A DNA stretch of 64,000 bases. Origin: Fibrobacteria bacterium. Its GTDB lineage: Bacteria; Fibrobacterota; Fibrobacteria; UBA11236; JADFYW01. The notes under the pieces were generated by a model. The model was not told where the DNA came from. It was given only the letters and a program-made list of their open reading frames with translations, and made no database searches. Shown here piece by piece: positions 10,464 through 20,121 of the stretch (the stretch's first letter is position 1; each line of letters opens with the position of its first letter). The translations under genes were made by a program, and so were the position numbers. The stretch is from contig JBNKOC010000011.1 in NCBI GenBank assembly GCA_050294405.1, positions 32,001 through 96,000 of the forward strand, read 5' to 3'.

Positions 10464-10643
10464 ATGACGATCATTAATTTAATGACCGGTTTGGTGGTTT
10501 TGTTGTTTTTCGCACTATCTATGGCCATAATCAGTCGTCTCAATAGTCTTTCTCTCCAAAGAGAGAGAATACATGATAAACTCAGAAAAGCAATGGAAGA
10601 AGAAAATAAGCTCGAGGAGCCAGCGGCAGAATCGGCCGCCTAA
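10464..10643 (+). CDS. Small single-TM membrane protein
   Basis: ATG at 10464, hydrophobic helix then coiled acidic tail. Confidence 0.55.
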   Translation: MTIINLMTGLVVLLFFALSMAIISRLNSLSLQRERIHDKLRKAMEEENKLEEPAAESAA

Positions 10644-10791
10644 AGTTTTTTATACGACATGATCTTAATACATTTCATATACATCTTAACTCAGCTCTTT
10701 AAACCGGCTTACTTCTCCACAATATCGGCAAAAAAATCAAAAAAATACAATATGCCGATACACGTATCACAATCAAATCATTGGAGAAACC

Positions 10792-11454
10792 ATGAACCAA
10801 GAAGCACTCTTATACATAGTGTTAGCCCTAAACGTACTTTACATTCCTGCTTTTATACTATTGTTCGCAAAATTGAAAGAAATCAAATATTTAGTCGACC
10901 AACCTGTAATCCAGCGTTTATCATCCAACAACAAATTCACCCCTTATAAATTCGACCGTTCCACCAGTTCCGACAACAAAGAGCCTAAAAAAGTAAAGAG
11001 CCAAAACGGCGGTCATAAAAAAGAAGCTAAAAGCAGCAATCGCGGCGGAAGAGAAAGGGTACGCAACCAACGCAATACCCGCACTCGCGGCGGAGCCAGG
11101 CAAAATCAAGGTCGCGGCACCGTTGTAGCCAATCAACCTGCCGATGACAATGCAAGCCCAACCAAAGCAGATTCTGGTCCGGCCCCTGAACGAAAAGAAC
11201 GAATTACCGTAGCCGAAGTTGCCAGCCCAAAGGCCCAACCTGAAGCAAAAATTGAAAATAAACCCGAAACCAATGGCCACAGCAATGGAGCTGCAAATCA
11301 CGGACGCCGTCAACTTCCCAAACAAAAAGTGGAAATTCCCGAATCCGTAGCACAGAACGAACCCGATACCACAAATATCGCCAGTGCTGATTCTCATGAA
11401 ATCACTCATGGCAGAAGGGTTAAAATGAAAAAAGCTCCTTCTTTCGATGAATAA
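10792..11454 (+). CDS. Hypothetical protein, N-terminal TM anchor plus long disordered region
   Basis: GGAG RBS, TM helix, RGG/low-complexity body, followed by a terminator. Confidence 0.75.
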   Translation: MNQEALLYIVLALNVLYIPAFILLFAKLKEIKYLVDQPVIQRLSSNNKFTPYKFDRSTSSDNKEPKKVKSQNGGHKKEAKSSNRGGRERVRNQRNTRTRGGARQNQGRGTVVANQPADDNASPTKADSGPAPERKERITVAEVASPKAQPEAKIENKPETNGHSNGAANHGRRQLPKQKVEIPESVAQNEPDTTNIASADSHEITHGRRVKMKKAPSFDE

Positions 11455-11476
11455 TTTTTTATAAGGGTTATCGTGT

Positions 11477-11504
11477 AAGGCCGGTTTTCACCGGCCTTTT
11501 TTTT
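11477..11504 (+). terminator. Rho-independent terminator
   Basis: AAGGCCGGT-TTTC-ACCGGCCTT plus T tract. Confidence 0.85.
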
Positions 11505-11529
11505 ATCTGTTCCTTGTGAAAATTTTGCC

Positions 11530-11639
11530 CTTAATTTTGGTGACAATATTTTGTTCAATTTTTTCCATTAGGCCTAAAAAAGTTTAAAAATTATCTAAAA
11601 ATCAAAAATAATCTTAATTTTGGTGACAAAAATGTCACC
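11530..11639. promoter_or_regulatory. Candidate operator: perfect palindrome plus repeated half-site upstream of TIGR02147 gene
   Basis: GGTGACA-AAAA-TGTCACC at 11622-11639; 17-bp direct repeat CTTAATTTTGGTGACAA at 11530 and 11613. Confidence 0.6.
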
Positions 11640-11733
11640 TATTTTTGTGGAAATATTGGAAAGTACCCGGTGTTTTTCCTCAGATGGTCTAAATTTAGAG
11701 GGGGAAGTTTGGTAAGAAAGAGGAGTTTCGGTT

Positions 11734-12582
11734 TTGGAAGAAAACCAGGTCCAACCAGTAAATCTGTTTGATTATTTTGATTATCAGGAATACCTGCGGG
11801 ATGTGTACGCTTTTCGGAAAAAGCAAGACTCCTATTTTACCTATCGCTTCATAGCTTCAAAACTAAATATCGACCACGCCTATGTGGTAAAAGTCCTTCA
11901 GGGACAAAGGCATGTGTCTTTGAAAACAGCAGCAAGCTTTTCCAAGCTGCTAAAACATAACAAGCGGCAGCAGGAGTATTTTGAATTGCTGGTGCTGTTT
12001 TCCAAAGCCAAAGCAAACAGTGAGATAAAACATTATTTTGAAAAATTATTAACATACATCGAAGTGAGTCCCCTTAAAATTGAAGGGCACAAATTCGAGT
12101 TTTACCAAAAGTGGTATTACACCGCCATTCGTGAGTTAATTGGCATATCTGGCTTTGATGGAAATTATCAAAAGCTGGCTTCGCAAACGGTTCCGGCCAT
12201 AAGCATCTCTCAGGCCAAAAAATCCATTCAACTCTTGCTTAAGTTAAAACTCATTACAAAAAATTCCGATGGAAGTTATAGCCTCAGTAGCCGTTTTATC
12301 ACTCCTAGTGAAAAAGTCCAGCCCTTGGCTATTCGGGAGTTTCAAAAAGAAACCATCAAATTGGCCGCCGAAGCTTTGGATAATATCCCCAAAGAAGAAC
12401 GGGATATTTCCACTTTGACTCTGAGTTTGTCTGCGCAGGGTCTGGAAAAAATGAAGGCGAGTCTTACTAACTTCAGGCAGGAACTGATGCGTATCGCCAA
12501 TCAGGATGAAAATGTAAACAGAGCCTATCAGATAAACCTGCAACTTTTTCCCATTACCGGGCCCGGAGATAACAAAAAATGA
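11734..12582 (+). CDS. TIGR02147 family protein (Fibrobacter paralogous family, HTH-like N-terminus, DUF4423-like C-terminus)
   Basis: LFDYFDYQEYLRD, WYYTAIRELI, ERDISTLT, YQINLQLFP; GAGGAG RBS before TTG. Confidence 0.9.
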   Translation: MEENQVQPVNLFDYFDYQEYLRDVYAFRKKQDSYFTYRFIASKLNIDHAYVVKVLQGQRHVSLKTAASFSKLLKHNKRQQEYFELLVLFSKAKANSEIKHYFEKLLTYIEVSPLKIEGHKFEFYQKWYYTAIRELIGISGFDGNYQKLASQTVPAISISQAKKSIQLLLKLKLITKNSDGSYSLSSRFITPSEKVQPLAIREFQKETIKLAAEALDNIPKEERDISTLTLSLSAQGLEKMKASLTNFRQELMRIANQDENVNRAYQINLQLFPITGPGDNKK

Positions 12583-14327
12583 TACGGGCTATTGCTATAA
12601 TTTTACGTCTACTATCCATAACATTACTTTTAATGTTGTTATCCTGTTCTTTAAATTCTGACGAAATTGCTGGTAAGGGAACGGGTTCAGAAACACCAAA
12701 TACATTAACGGGAATTGTTCAGGATTCATTGGGAAATCCCAGCGAGGGAGTGTTGGTGAAGCTAAATCCAAGCACTTTTAACCCGGTCCGGGAAGAATTG
12801 CCCGATTCCCTAAAAACTACAACAAACTCCAAAGGAATTTACTCTTTTAAAATATCAGGCCGCTCCAGTTATAACCTGGAGGCCATTAATTCTGTGGATA
12901 ACACGGTGGGCTTGCTTCGGGGGATTGAAACCCCAAAAAAAGGGGGCGACAGCTTGATGATAGATACCGCCCAACTGCATACCCCCGGAACTATTATCAT
13001 CCAGCTTAACAAAGGGGAAATGGAGGAGGGCGGCTATATATACATTCCCGGAACTGATCTATATGTTAAGATCGGTCAAAAGGATATGGATAGAGGCTTT
13101 GTGGAATTTTCAGGAGTGCCCAGCTCAAGGTACTCTGATATTAGTTATACCAATTCTGATTTTAATTTTGAATCTCAAATAGCTCCTTTGGGCCTGGATG
13201 TTCCATCCGGGGGAACAGTGGTAAAAGGCCCCTATTACGCCTGGAAAAACCGTGCAGAAATACGGATAAACACAACTGCTGACGGAGCAGCCGTTGCTGA
13301 AGATGCCGTTGATTTTCCTTTGTTATTGCGGTTGGATAATTCCTCCGGGCTATTTGCAGGAAGTTCATCCGATGGGAAAGACCTTCGTTTTACCAAATCC
13401 GATGGGCTGACAAATCTGCCCTATGAGCTGGAAAAATGGGATGTTATAAATAATGTAGGGGTGGTATGGGTAAGGATAGATACATTATACGGTAATTCCA
13501 TGGATCAATACATTATCGCTTACACGGGAGCCAGCGATGTTGTGAGTGAGTCCTCAGGTTCCGCTGTTTTCGATTCATCCCTGGGATACGCCGGCGTTTG
13601 GCATTTTGAGCCAGACGATTCAGGCGATATGACTCGAGTGCCTAATTCAGCCTACAATGCAAACCACGGTACTTTTGTGGATCCGGATCAAAACAGAACA
13701 AATGATTTGAATTCCGTTATATCCACTGGTGTTGATTTTAGCGGCCTCAATCAATTTGTTTCCACTTCCCGCTATTTTGATGCGCCCATGGTATTTGCTA
13801 TTTCCTGTTGGTTTAACAGTAATACCAGTTCCGGCGGCAAGTTGCTTGATTTTAACAACAATGCCCTGGGAAAGCCGGATAAAGACAGGCATGTATGGAT
13901 GGATGATACCGGAGTGCTGTATTTCGGCGTCTATCCTCCGGCTCCGGATGTTATTGCTCCGGAAGATTCCGGACTTGTTGCGGGAAGCGGAATATTCCGC
14001 ACCATAAAATCTCTTCTCAGCTATAACGACGGAAATTGGCACTATGCGATGGCGACCCTTTCCGCCAGCGGCATGAGGTTATTTGTAGATGGAAAAAAAG
14101 TGGCGGAGAATCCAGATGTTACAGAAGCCCAGCATTTTCAGGGAGTCTGGCAAATAGGTTATGGCTTAATGAGTACATGGAAACCCTTGCCCTCCAGCAA
14201 TTATTTTGGTGGGAGGCTGGATGAAGTTCGGGTGTTTTATGGAAATGTTTCTGAAGATAGAGTTAAGCTTGAGTTTGAAAATCAAAAAGCATCCTCTTCT
14301 ATGGTTGTTGTGAAAGGAAGTAATTAG
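12579..14327 (+). CDS. Lipoprotein with carboxypeptidase-regulatory-like, DUF2341 and LamG/ConA-like domains
   Basis: Lipobox LLSC, IAGKGTGSETPN, DGKDLRF..LPYELE.W..VWVR (DUF2341), NDGNWHY..LFVDG..FGGRLDEVR (LamG). Confidence 0.85.
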   Translation: MIRAIAIILRLLSITLLLMLLSCSLNSDEIAGKGTGSETPNTLTGIVQDSLGNPSEGVLVKLNPSTFNPVREELPDSLKTTTNSKGIYSFKISGRSSYNLEAINSVDNTVGLLRGIETPKKGGDSLMIDTAQLHTPGTIIIQLNKGEMEEGGYIYIPGTDLYVKIGQKDMDRGFVEFSGVPSSRYSDISYTNSDFNFESQIAPLGLDVPSGGTVVKGPYYAWKNRAEIRINTTADGAAVAEDAVDFPLLLRLDNSSGLFAGSSSDGKDLRFTKSDGLTNLPYELEKWDVINNVGVVWVRIDTLYGNSMDQYIIAYTGASDVVSESSGSAVFDSSLGYAGVWHFEPDDSGDMTRVPNSAYNANHGTFVDPDQNRTNDLNSVISTGVDFSGLNQFVSTSRYFDAPMVFAISCWFNSNTSSGGKLLDFNNNALGKPDKDRHVWMDDTGVLYFGVYPPAPDVIAPEDSGLVAGSGIFRTIKSLLSYNDGNWHYAMATLSASGMRLFVDGKKVAENPDVTEAQHFQGVWQIGYGLMSTWKPLPSSNYFGGRLDEVRVFYGNVSEDRVKLEFENQKASSSMVVVKGSN

Positions 14328-14328
14328 T

Positions 14329-16071
14329 ATGAAAAAGAACTTAAATTCAATTGTGAATTTTAGTTGGCTTGGTAAAATTGGCTGCTTAACTATGCTTATG
14401 ATATTGGCTTGCCAAACAATTATTTACAGCCAGGAACCCTGTGAGCTGAGTTTGGAACAATTAAATGCTTCAGACTTTAGATCTTCACTTGTGGTAAATG
14501 GAGAACCTAATCGGCTTGCCAATGGGAATCCAGTGGAACCCTATGCAACTATGGCCAAACCCACTCAAATTGCATTTATGCCTGGCAACAGCCGCGATGT
14601 TTTTTTTAACGAAATTTACAAGGGGACCATTAATAAATGGGATACAGAAAATCAGACAAAGACCACCCTCATCGATCTCGATCTCTATACAACAGGCGAG
14701 AGGGGGCTTACCGGTTTTGCCTTCCACCCGGACTTTGAGGAAAACCATTGGGTATTCGTGGTGTATAATGAGGAAAACAGCCAGTTGAAATTGTCACGTT
14801 TCGAATACGATTTGAACAGTAATAAATTGGTAAACGAAAAAGTGCTTATCCAGCATAACATTAAAACCCCGCTGCACCATTATGGCAACGGGCAACTGGC
14901 CATAACCGACGATGGAGTTTTGTTTATGGGAATCGGTTCGGATGCGGATTACGCGGGCAATAACCTTTACGGCAATAATCTGGATTTAAACGGAGAGGCC
15001 ACAGCGGGAAACACTAATACCATTTCCAGCAGTATCCTGCGCATCGTTCCGGACTCTTCCGAGCGGGGGTATTCTATCCCCGAGGGTAATTTCGGAGAAT
15101 ATTTCGAAAATTATTTCAGGGATCAGGGAAATGACGCCCTTGCTGACGAATACCAAACAAAAGTTAAGCCTGAAATTTTCGCCAAGGGTATCCGCACAAA
15201 CTTTTCCGCAACGGTTCATCCCATTAAAGGATGGCTCGCCTGGGGCGAAGTAAATACCGACAACAGATGGGATGAATACAATATTGTGAATAAACCTATG
15301 TATAGCGGGTATCCCTATTTTCACTCGGATAATGTGCCCCTGGGAGGAACCAATCCCAATCAAAACGCTAATCCCAATGAGCCCATCCCCAACAACAGCC
15401 AATACAACACCGGAGTCAGTATGTTACCTCCAGCTCAGGCACAAACATTGCCTCCTCTGGCAGCTGGAGTCACCACTTCCGCAACTGCCGGCGATATTTA
15501 TAATTTTGACAGCCACAATGGTGATGGACGTTTTCCCAAGGCTTTTGATCAACACTTTTTGATGTTTGACTTTGAGAAAACCCAGCCCCATATGTTTGCC
15601 TCTTTACTGGAAGAAGACGGGGATGATATCAAGGTGGGAGAACAAAAAGATCTTTCCCGTTTTCTGGACAATGTATTTATGCGCTACACCCTGGATGCCG
15701 AATTTTCTCCTGACGGCGAGCTTTTTATACTCAATGTGGGGGATAGGGGTTATGAAGACTGCAGGCAATGCGGCTCCATTGATAAAGTGGTTTACACCGG
15801 AGCCCAGTGCCCTCAAACGGTATCCGTAGCCAAAAAGGTTGATAAAAAGTTTTTTCGGCGAACAGGGAATTTGCTGCTGTCTCTTTCTGCAAAAGCTCTC
15901 CGCGTGGAGTTTTACACTATGGGTGGAAAATTGATTTTCGAAACAACATTAAGCCCAAATAGTAAGCTTGAACTCAACAAGGTCATTCCTGTAGGTTCAG
16001 GCGAAATGTTAATAATGAAAATCGGCCATTCTGGGAACTTTATCAGCCAAAAAATCCTGCGCATCCATTAA
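14329..16071 (+). CDS. Secreted PQQ-dependent glucose/sorbosone dehydrogenase-family beta-propeller
   Basis: GERGLTGFAFHPDF..NHWVF, ILRI.P..GYSIPEGN, PEIFAKGIR. Confidence 0.8.
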   Translation: MKKNLNSIVNFSWLGKIGCLTMLMILACQTIIYSQEPCELSLEQLNASDFRSSLVVNGEPNRLANGNPVEPYATMAKPTQIAFMPGNSRDVFFNEIYKGTINKWDTENQTKTTLIDLDLYTTGERGLTGFAFHPDFEENHWVFVVYNEENSQLKLSRFEYDLNSNKLVNEKVLIQHNIKTPLHHYGNGQLAITDDGVLFMGIGSDADYAGNNLYGNNLDLNGEATAGNTNTISSSILRIVPDSSERGYSIPEGNFGEYFENYFRDQGNDALADEYQTKVKPEIFAKGIRTNFSATVHPIKGWLAWGEVNTDNRWDEYNIVNKPMYSGYPYFHSDNVPLGGTNPNQNANPNEPIPNNSQYNTGVSMLPPAQAQTLPPLAAGVTTSATAGDIYNFDSHNGDGRFPKAFDQHFLMFDFEKTQPHMFASLLEEDGDDIKVGEQKDLSRFLDNVFMRYTLDAEFSPDGELFILNVGDRGYEDCRQCGSIDKVVYTGAQCPQTVSVAKKVDKKFFRRTGNLLLSLSAKALRVEFYTMGGKLIFETTLSPNSKLELNKVIPVGSGEMLIMKIGHSGNFISQKILRIH

Positions 16072-16111
16072 GGGGGCAAAGACAGAATTTGTTTAATTAC
16101 AAGGAATTAAC

Positions 16112-17296
16112 ATGAAGCGATTACACTCTGAAAATAGATTTTTTCGTATTTTTTTACGGAATCCCGGGCATTTAACCGGGCTTTTAATACTCATTTTGTC
16201 TGTATGCTCTTTCGCGCAGGACGAATACGAGTGGGTCCAACTCTTTAACGGGGAAGACCTGGACGGCTGGGATTTTAAAATAACGGGCCAACAGCTAAAT
16301 GTGGATCCCCGCAATACATTAAAAATATCTGATGGAATATTACATGTGGATTACAGCGATTATTCCGGATTTAGTGGCGAGTTCGGTCATTTCGCCCGTG
16401 ATGAGGTCTACTCCCATTATATCTATGCTGTGGAAACCCGTTTTATAGGAGAGCAAACTCCCGGCGGACCTAATTGGGCTTTTCGCAATAACGGAATTAT
16501 GATCCATTCCCAGTCTATGGAGAGCATGAATATAAATCAGGATTTTCCAACCTCTGTAGAAGCTCAAATAATACAACGGGGAAGCGACGCCCAACCAGTT
16601 GCGGCCTTAAACTTGTGCAATGGCTCTTCTGGCACCACCGCCGCCGAAAGGGCTAATTGCGGAGGGTCCGATGCTTCTGTTCCTCTCACAGATAAAGACG
16701 ATTGGTTCAGGGCGGAAGTTTTAGTCCTGGCGGATTCCGTAGCTAAGTTTATTTTAAACGGCGATACCGTGGGAGTATTTACCCAGTTTAAATTATCAAA
16801 TGGGGGAGCTCCTTTAGGGGAAGGCCGAATTGCCCTCCAGATGGAATCCCATCCCACAGACTTCCGCAAAATCGAAATGGTCAATTTAAAAGGATGTATG
16901 GATGAAACTGCCATCAATTACAAAGACTATTTTCTGGCGGACGATCCTGAATCTTGTGAATACGGTAAGGCGGGATGTACAGATAGTAGTTACCTCGAAT
17001 ACGACAGTACGGCAACGGTTTCAGATCCGGAAGCCTGCGAAAATTTATCAACTTTGGAACACCGGCAATTTAAAAGGGTCTATTTTAACTCAACTAATAT
17101 TTCATTGGAGGTACCGCTTGAAGGAAAACATCAATTAATGGTACATGATGTAAATGGTTCCACAGTTTATGAAACAAATGGGGTAGGGCCACAAACCTAT
17201 TTCCTTCGACCAATTTTGCCCAATGGAATTCATTTTATCGTACTGGAATGGCAAGGGTATCGAATCACTCAAAAAGCCCTGGGTTTGAACCAATAG
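16112..17296 (+). CDS. Secreted DUF1080 (3-keto-glycoside hydratase/hydrolase-like) protein
   Basis: WVQLFNGEDLDGW, G.IALQ.ESHP..FRKI, two GCxD repeats, C-terminal sorting-like domain. Confidence 0.85.
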   Translation: MKRLHSENRFFRIFLRNPGHLTGLLILILSVCSFAQDEYEWVQLFNGEDLDGWDFKITGQQLNVDPRNTLKISDGILHVDYSDYSGFSGEFGHFARDEVYSHYIYAVETRFIGEQTPGGPNWAFRNNGIMIHSQSMESMNINQDFPTSVEAQIIQRGSDAQPVAALNLCNGSSGTTAAERANCGGSDASVPLTDKDDWFRAEVLVLADSVAKFILNGDTVGVFTQFKLSNGGAPLGEGRIALQMESHPTDFRKIEMVNLKGCMDETAINYKDYFLADDPESCEYGKAGCTDSSYLEYDSTATVSDPEACENLSTLEHRQFKRVYFNSTNISLEVPLEGKHQLMVHDVNGSTVYETNGVGPQTYFLRPILPNGIHFIVLEWQGYRITQKALGLNQ

Positions 17297-17403
17297 GCCT
17301 TTCCAGACATAGGTAGCGGAAGTTTGTGGGTTATGAGTTTATGTTGTTTTATTCATAAACTCAAAATTCTCTAATACCTTGGTCCCCATAACTAAGGAAA
17401 AAT

Positions 17404-17439
17404 CGTAAAGAAAAAAGCCAGTTGTCGATTTTTTTTACA
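17404..17439. promoter_or_regulatory. Putative sigma54 enhancer (bEBP/PrsR-like) binding sites
   Basis: TGT-N11-ACA site TGTCGATTTTTTTTACA (17423-17439) with an adjacent degenerate inverted copy (17404-17420), about 140-175 bp upstream of a sigma54 promoter. Confidence 0.55.
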
Positions 17440-17576
17440 GTTAATAATTTGGAACTTTTAGTTACTTGAGGATATATGAATTTAATCACTGATACATTAC
17501 TTTCCATTGTAAAAATAAATGCTTAAATTTTTACAGAATCGTTGTTTTTCCTACTTTTATTCTTTAAGTTTTTTTC

Positions 17577-17593
17577 TTGGCATAGGCCTTGCT
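17577..17593 (+). promoter_or_regulatory. Sigma54 (-24/-12) promoter
   Basis: TTGGCATAGGCCTTGCT = GG-N10-GC consensus, 30 bp before the ATG. Confidence 0.85.
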
Positions 17594-17622
17594 CTATAAG
17601 GCTATGTCAATAAGGAGTAGAT

Positions 17623-18330
17623 ATGATTAGAATGTTAAATAAAATTAAATTGGCTTTGGTCCTGGCAGCAGCATCTGCCTATACATTGCCTTACCTTCAG
17701 CTGGATATTGTAGGCGGCTATTATGATGACCACCAAGAAACAATGGAAACTGCCAGTGAAACTTTTACTTTAATTGCGCTGTTAAATACAACTCATCCAG
17801 AAGTTTATAACGACAACTTTTACTTGTCTATGGCCATAACTCCCCAAGTGGAAGTGGATCAAAATTTGGGTTCCTTCAGAGTTAATGGGCAAGAAGTTAA
17901 TGCAACTGCAGATATGTTTTATGGGGTTCCTCCGGTTGAAGAAAACCTGGCCAAAGACCCCGGTGATATGTCCAGACATGGTATTTTCCCAACTTACTTC
18001 TTTGAGTACCAATTCAATTTCAACGTTGCCAACACTACTTCAGCCTATAATGTACCCGATGATCCAGGTAGGGGGTTAGTGGGAACCGGCGATTTATTTT
18101 ATTATGAATTCGCGATTAATGTATCCAATTTGGCAGATGGCTACGGGCTTCATTTCGATCTTTATAACGAAAAATTTAGAGAGGGCGGCGACATTGATCT
18201 TTATAAGGTTGCCCCTTATTCACACGATGCTGAATTCGATCCTGACGCGGTGCCTGAACCTGCCACCATGGGTCTTCTTGGATTGGGTCTTGCCGGCTTT
18301 GGCTTTTTCAGAAGACGCAAAAAAGCTTAA
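17623..18330 (+). CDS. PEP-CTERM sorting domain protein (possibly choice-of-anchor N type)
   Basis: Signal peptide; VPEPATMGLLGLGLAGFGFFRRRKKA C-terminus; PYSHDAE before the anchor. Confidence 0.92.
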   Translation: MIRMLNKIKLALVLAAASAYTLPYLQLDIVGGYYDDHQETMETASETFTLIALLNTTHPEVYNDNFYLSMAITPQVEVDQNLGSFRVNGQEVNATADMFYGVPPVEENLAKDPGDMSRHGIFPTYFFEYQFNFNVANTTSAYNVPDDPGRGLVGTGDLFYYEFAINVSNLADGYGLHFDLYNEKFREGGDIDLYKVAPYSHDAEFDPDAVPEPATMGLLGLGLAGFGFFRRRKKA

Positions 18331-18361
18331 TAGATACATATCTATATAGGACTTAAAATTG

Positions 18362-18391
18362 AAAAAGCCTCCCATAAGGGAGGCTTTTTTT
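18362..18391. terminator. Bidirectional Rho-independent terminator
   Basis: AAAAAGCCTCCC-ATAA-GGGAGGCTTTTTTT between convergent genes. Confidence 0.88.
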
Positions 18392-18428
18392 GCTGCATAA
18401 AAAAAACGAACGGGCCTGAGTAAAACTT

Positions 18429-19469
18429 TTAAAACAAATTAGCTTGTAAATCCCCGTTTGCAGGCGGAGCTACTTCCAAATGTTGGTAGGCCCTAAGAGT
18501 GGGCACACGGCCGCGGGGCGTTCGTTTTAAAAGTCCCAGTTGAATAAGAAAAGGTTCGTAGACTTCTTCAATAGTTTCCACCTCTTCGCCCACAGCAGCG
18601 CCCAAAGTATTTAAACCCACCGGACGGCCCTCAAATTTATGGATAAGGGTTTTTAAAATGTTGAGATCCATTTCATCCAGGCCCAGGCTATCGATGCCTA
18701 ACATTTCCAGAGTTTTTATGGCGATTTTTTGGGTGATAGTGCCATCTCCCTTAACCTGGGCCACATCCCGGCAACGGCGCAAAATTCGGTTGGCGATTCG
18801 GGGAGTTCCCCGGCAGCGGGAAGCCAATGTATCCAAAGCCTCCTCTTCTATGTTTGTATTTAATATGGATGCGGAGCGCTTAATAATTTTGCTCAAATCA
18901 TTTTGCTGGTAATTGTCCAGGCGAAAATTAAGCCCAAATCGGTCCCGTAGGGGAGAGGTTAACATACCGCTTCTGGTGGTAGCCCCCACAAGGGTGAAGC
19001 GTTTTAAATCCAGACGAATGGAGCGGGCGGAGGGGCCCGATTCCAGCATAATATCAATTTTAAAATCCTCCATAGCGGGGTAGAGGTACTCCTCCACTAC
19101 GCCGCGCAAGCGATGTATCTCATCAATAAACAACACATCCCGGGGCCCAAGGTTCGTCAAAAGCGAGGCTAAATCCGAAGGCTTTTCTAATGTGGGCCCA
19201 GAGGTTACGGTTAAATTACTGCCCATATGCTTGGCGATAATATTGGCCAAGGTGGTTTTACCCAAACCCGGAGGCCCGGAAAACAATACATGGTCTAAGG
19301 CCTCGGCGCGTTGGTTAGCGGCATCCAGATAAATATTGAGGCTTTCTTTTAGCTTTTTTTGCCCCACAAACTCATCCAGGTTTTGCGGGCGCAGGCTTAT
19401 TTCCTGCTCCGCATCATCGCCCAATTGGTCGGGACTGATTACTCTATCTTCTAAATTGTCATCGTACAT
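18429..19469 (-). CDS. ruvB: Holliday junction branch migration helicase RuvB
   Basis: [37 protein letters not shown]. Confidence 0.98.
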   Translation of the reverse strand: MYDDNLEDRVISPDQLGDDAEQEISLRPQNLDEFVGQKKLKESLNIYLDAANQRAEALDHVLFSGPPGLGKTTLANIIAKHMGSNLTVTSGPTLEKPSDLASLLTNLGPRDVLFIDEIHRLRGVVEEYLYPAMEDFKIDIMLESGPSARSIRLDLKRFTLVGATTRSGMLTSPLRDRFGLNFRLDNYQQNDLSKIIKRSASILNTNIEEEALDTLASRCRGTPRIANRILRRCRDVAQVKGDGTITQKIAIKTLEMLGIDSLGLDEMDLNILKTLIHKFEGRPVGLNTLGAAVGEEVETIEEVYEPFLIQLGLLKRTPRGRVPTLRAYQHLEVAPPANGDLQANLF

Positions 19470-19473
19470 ATTT

Positions 19474-20070
19474 CTAAACTAGCTTTAGAGCTGTGGAAAT
19501 CAACTCCGAAGAAGTGCTGTCGGCTCCCAATTTGTCCACGGCCTTTTGAACAGCCATTTGGGCTTGTTTTTCTTTAACTCCTAAAGCCATCAGAGCCTGT
19601 ATGGCATCGCTCACATTGTCATTTGCTAAAGGAACCGAGGTTCCGGCTGCGCTTGTTTTCCATTCCAACTTGGATAAAGGGCCTTTTAAGCTGGCTATCA
19701 TCACCTCGGCGGTTTTTTTACCAATTCCCTTTAAAGATGTAAGACGCTGGACCTGGCCATTTACTATAAAATCCACCAATTCCTGCGGAGAGACTTCAGA
19801 TAGAATTCGAAGGGCTACTCTGGGGCCTATACCACTTACGCTTATTAGTTTTAAAAATACCTGCCGCTCCGATTCTTCAATAAAACCGAAAAGTTCCAGG
19901 GCATCCTCCCTTACATTCAGATAGGTGTTGATGCGTTGCGTGGACTCGCCAATTTCAAGGGCGGCCGAAGTGCGCAAAGACACATCCACTCCATAACCCA
20001 CTCCGCCCACATCTAAAACCAGATGGGTGGCGCTTTTAGAAATGATTTTGCCCTGTAAACTTTCAATCAT
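19474..20070 (-). CDS. ruvA: Holliday junction branch migration protein RuvA
   Basis: [32 protein letters not shown]. Confidence 0.97.
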   Translation of the reverse strand: MIESLQGKIISKSATHLVLDVGGVGYGVDVSLRTSAALEIGESTQRINTYLNVREDALELFGFIEESERQVFLKLISVSGIGPRVALRILSEVSPQELVDFIVNGQVQRLTSLKGIGKKTAEVMIASLKGPLSKLEWKTSAAGTSVPLANDNVSDAIQALMALGVKEKQAQMAVQKAVDKLGADSTSSELISTALKLV

Positions 20071-20121
20071 GGCCTAAAATGTAATTTGTTTTACGGGGTA
20101 TGGGCGTGGGCACCCTTGCTT

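Noticed and set aside
10659..11409. ORFs 10659-10949 (+) and 10921-11409 (-)
   Set aside because: Shadow frames of the 10792-11454 gene, which has an RBS and terminator; the other short antisense or overlapping ORFs in the track were dismissed likewise
20071..20121. LexA box upstream of ruvA
   Set aside because: Only a TGCCC half-site on the minus strand, with no matching second half
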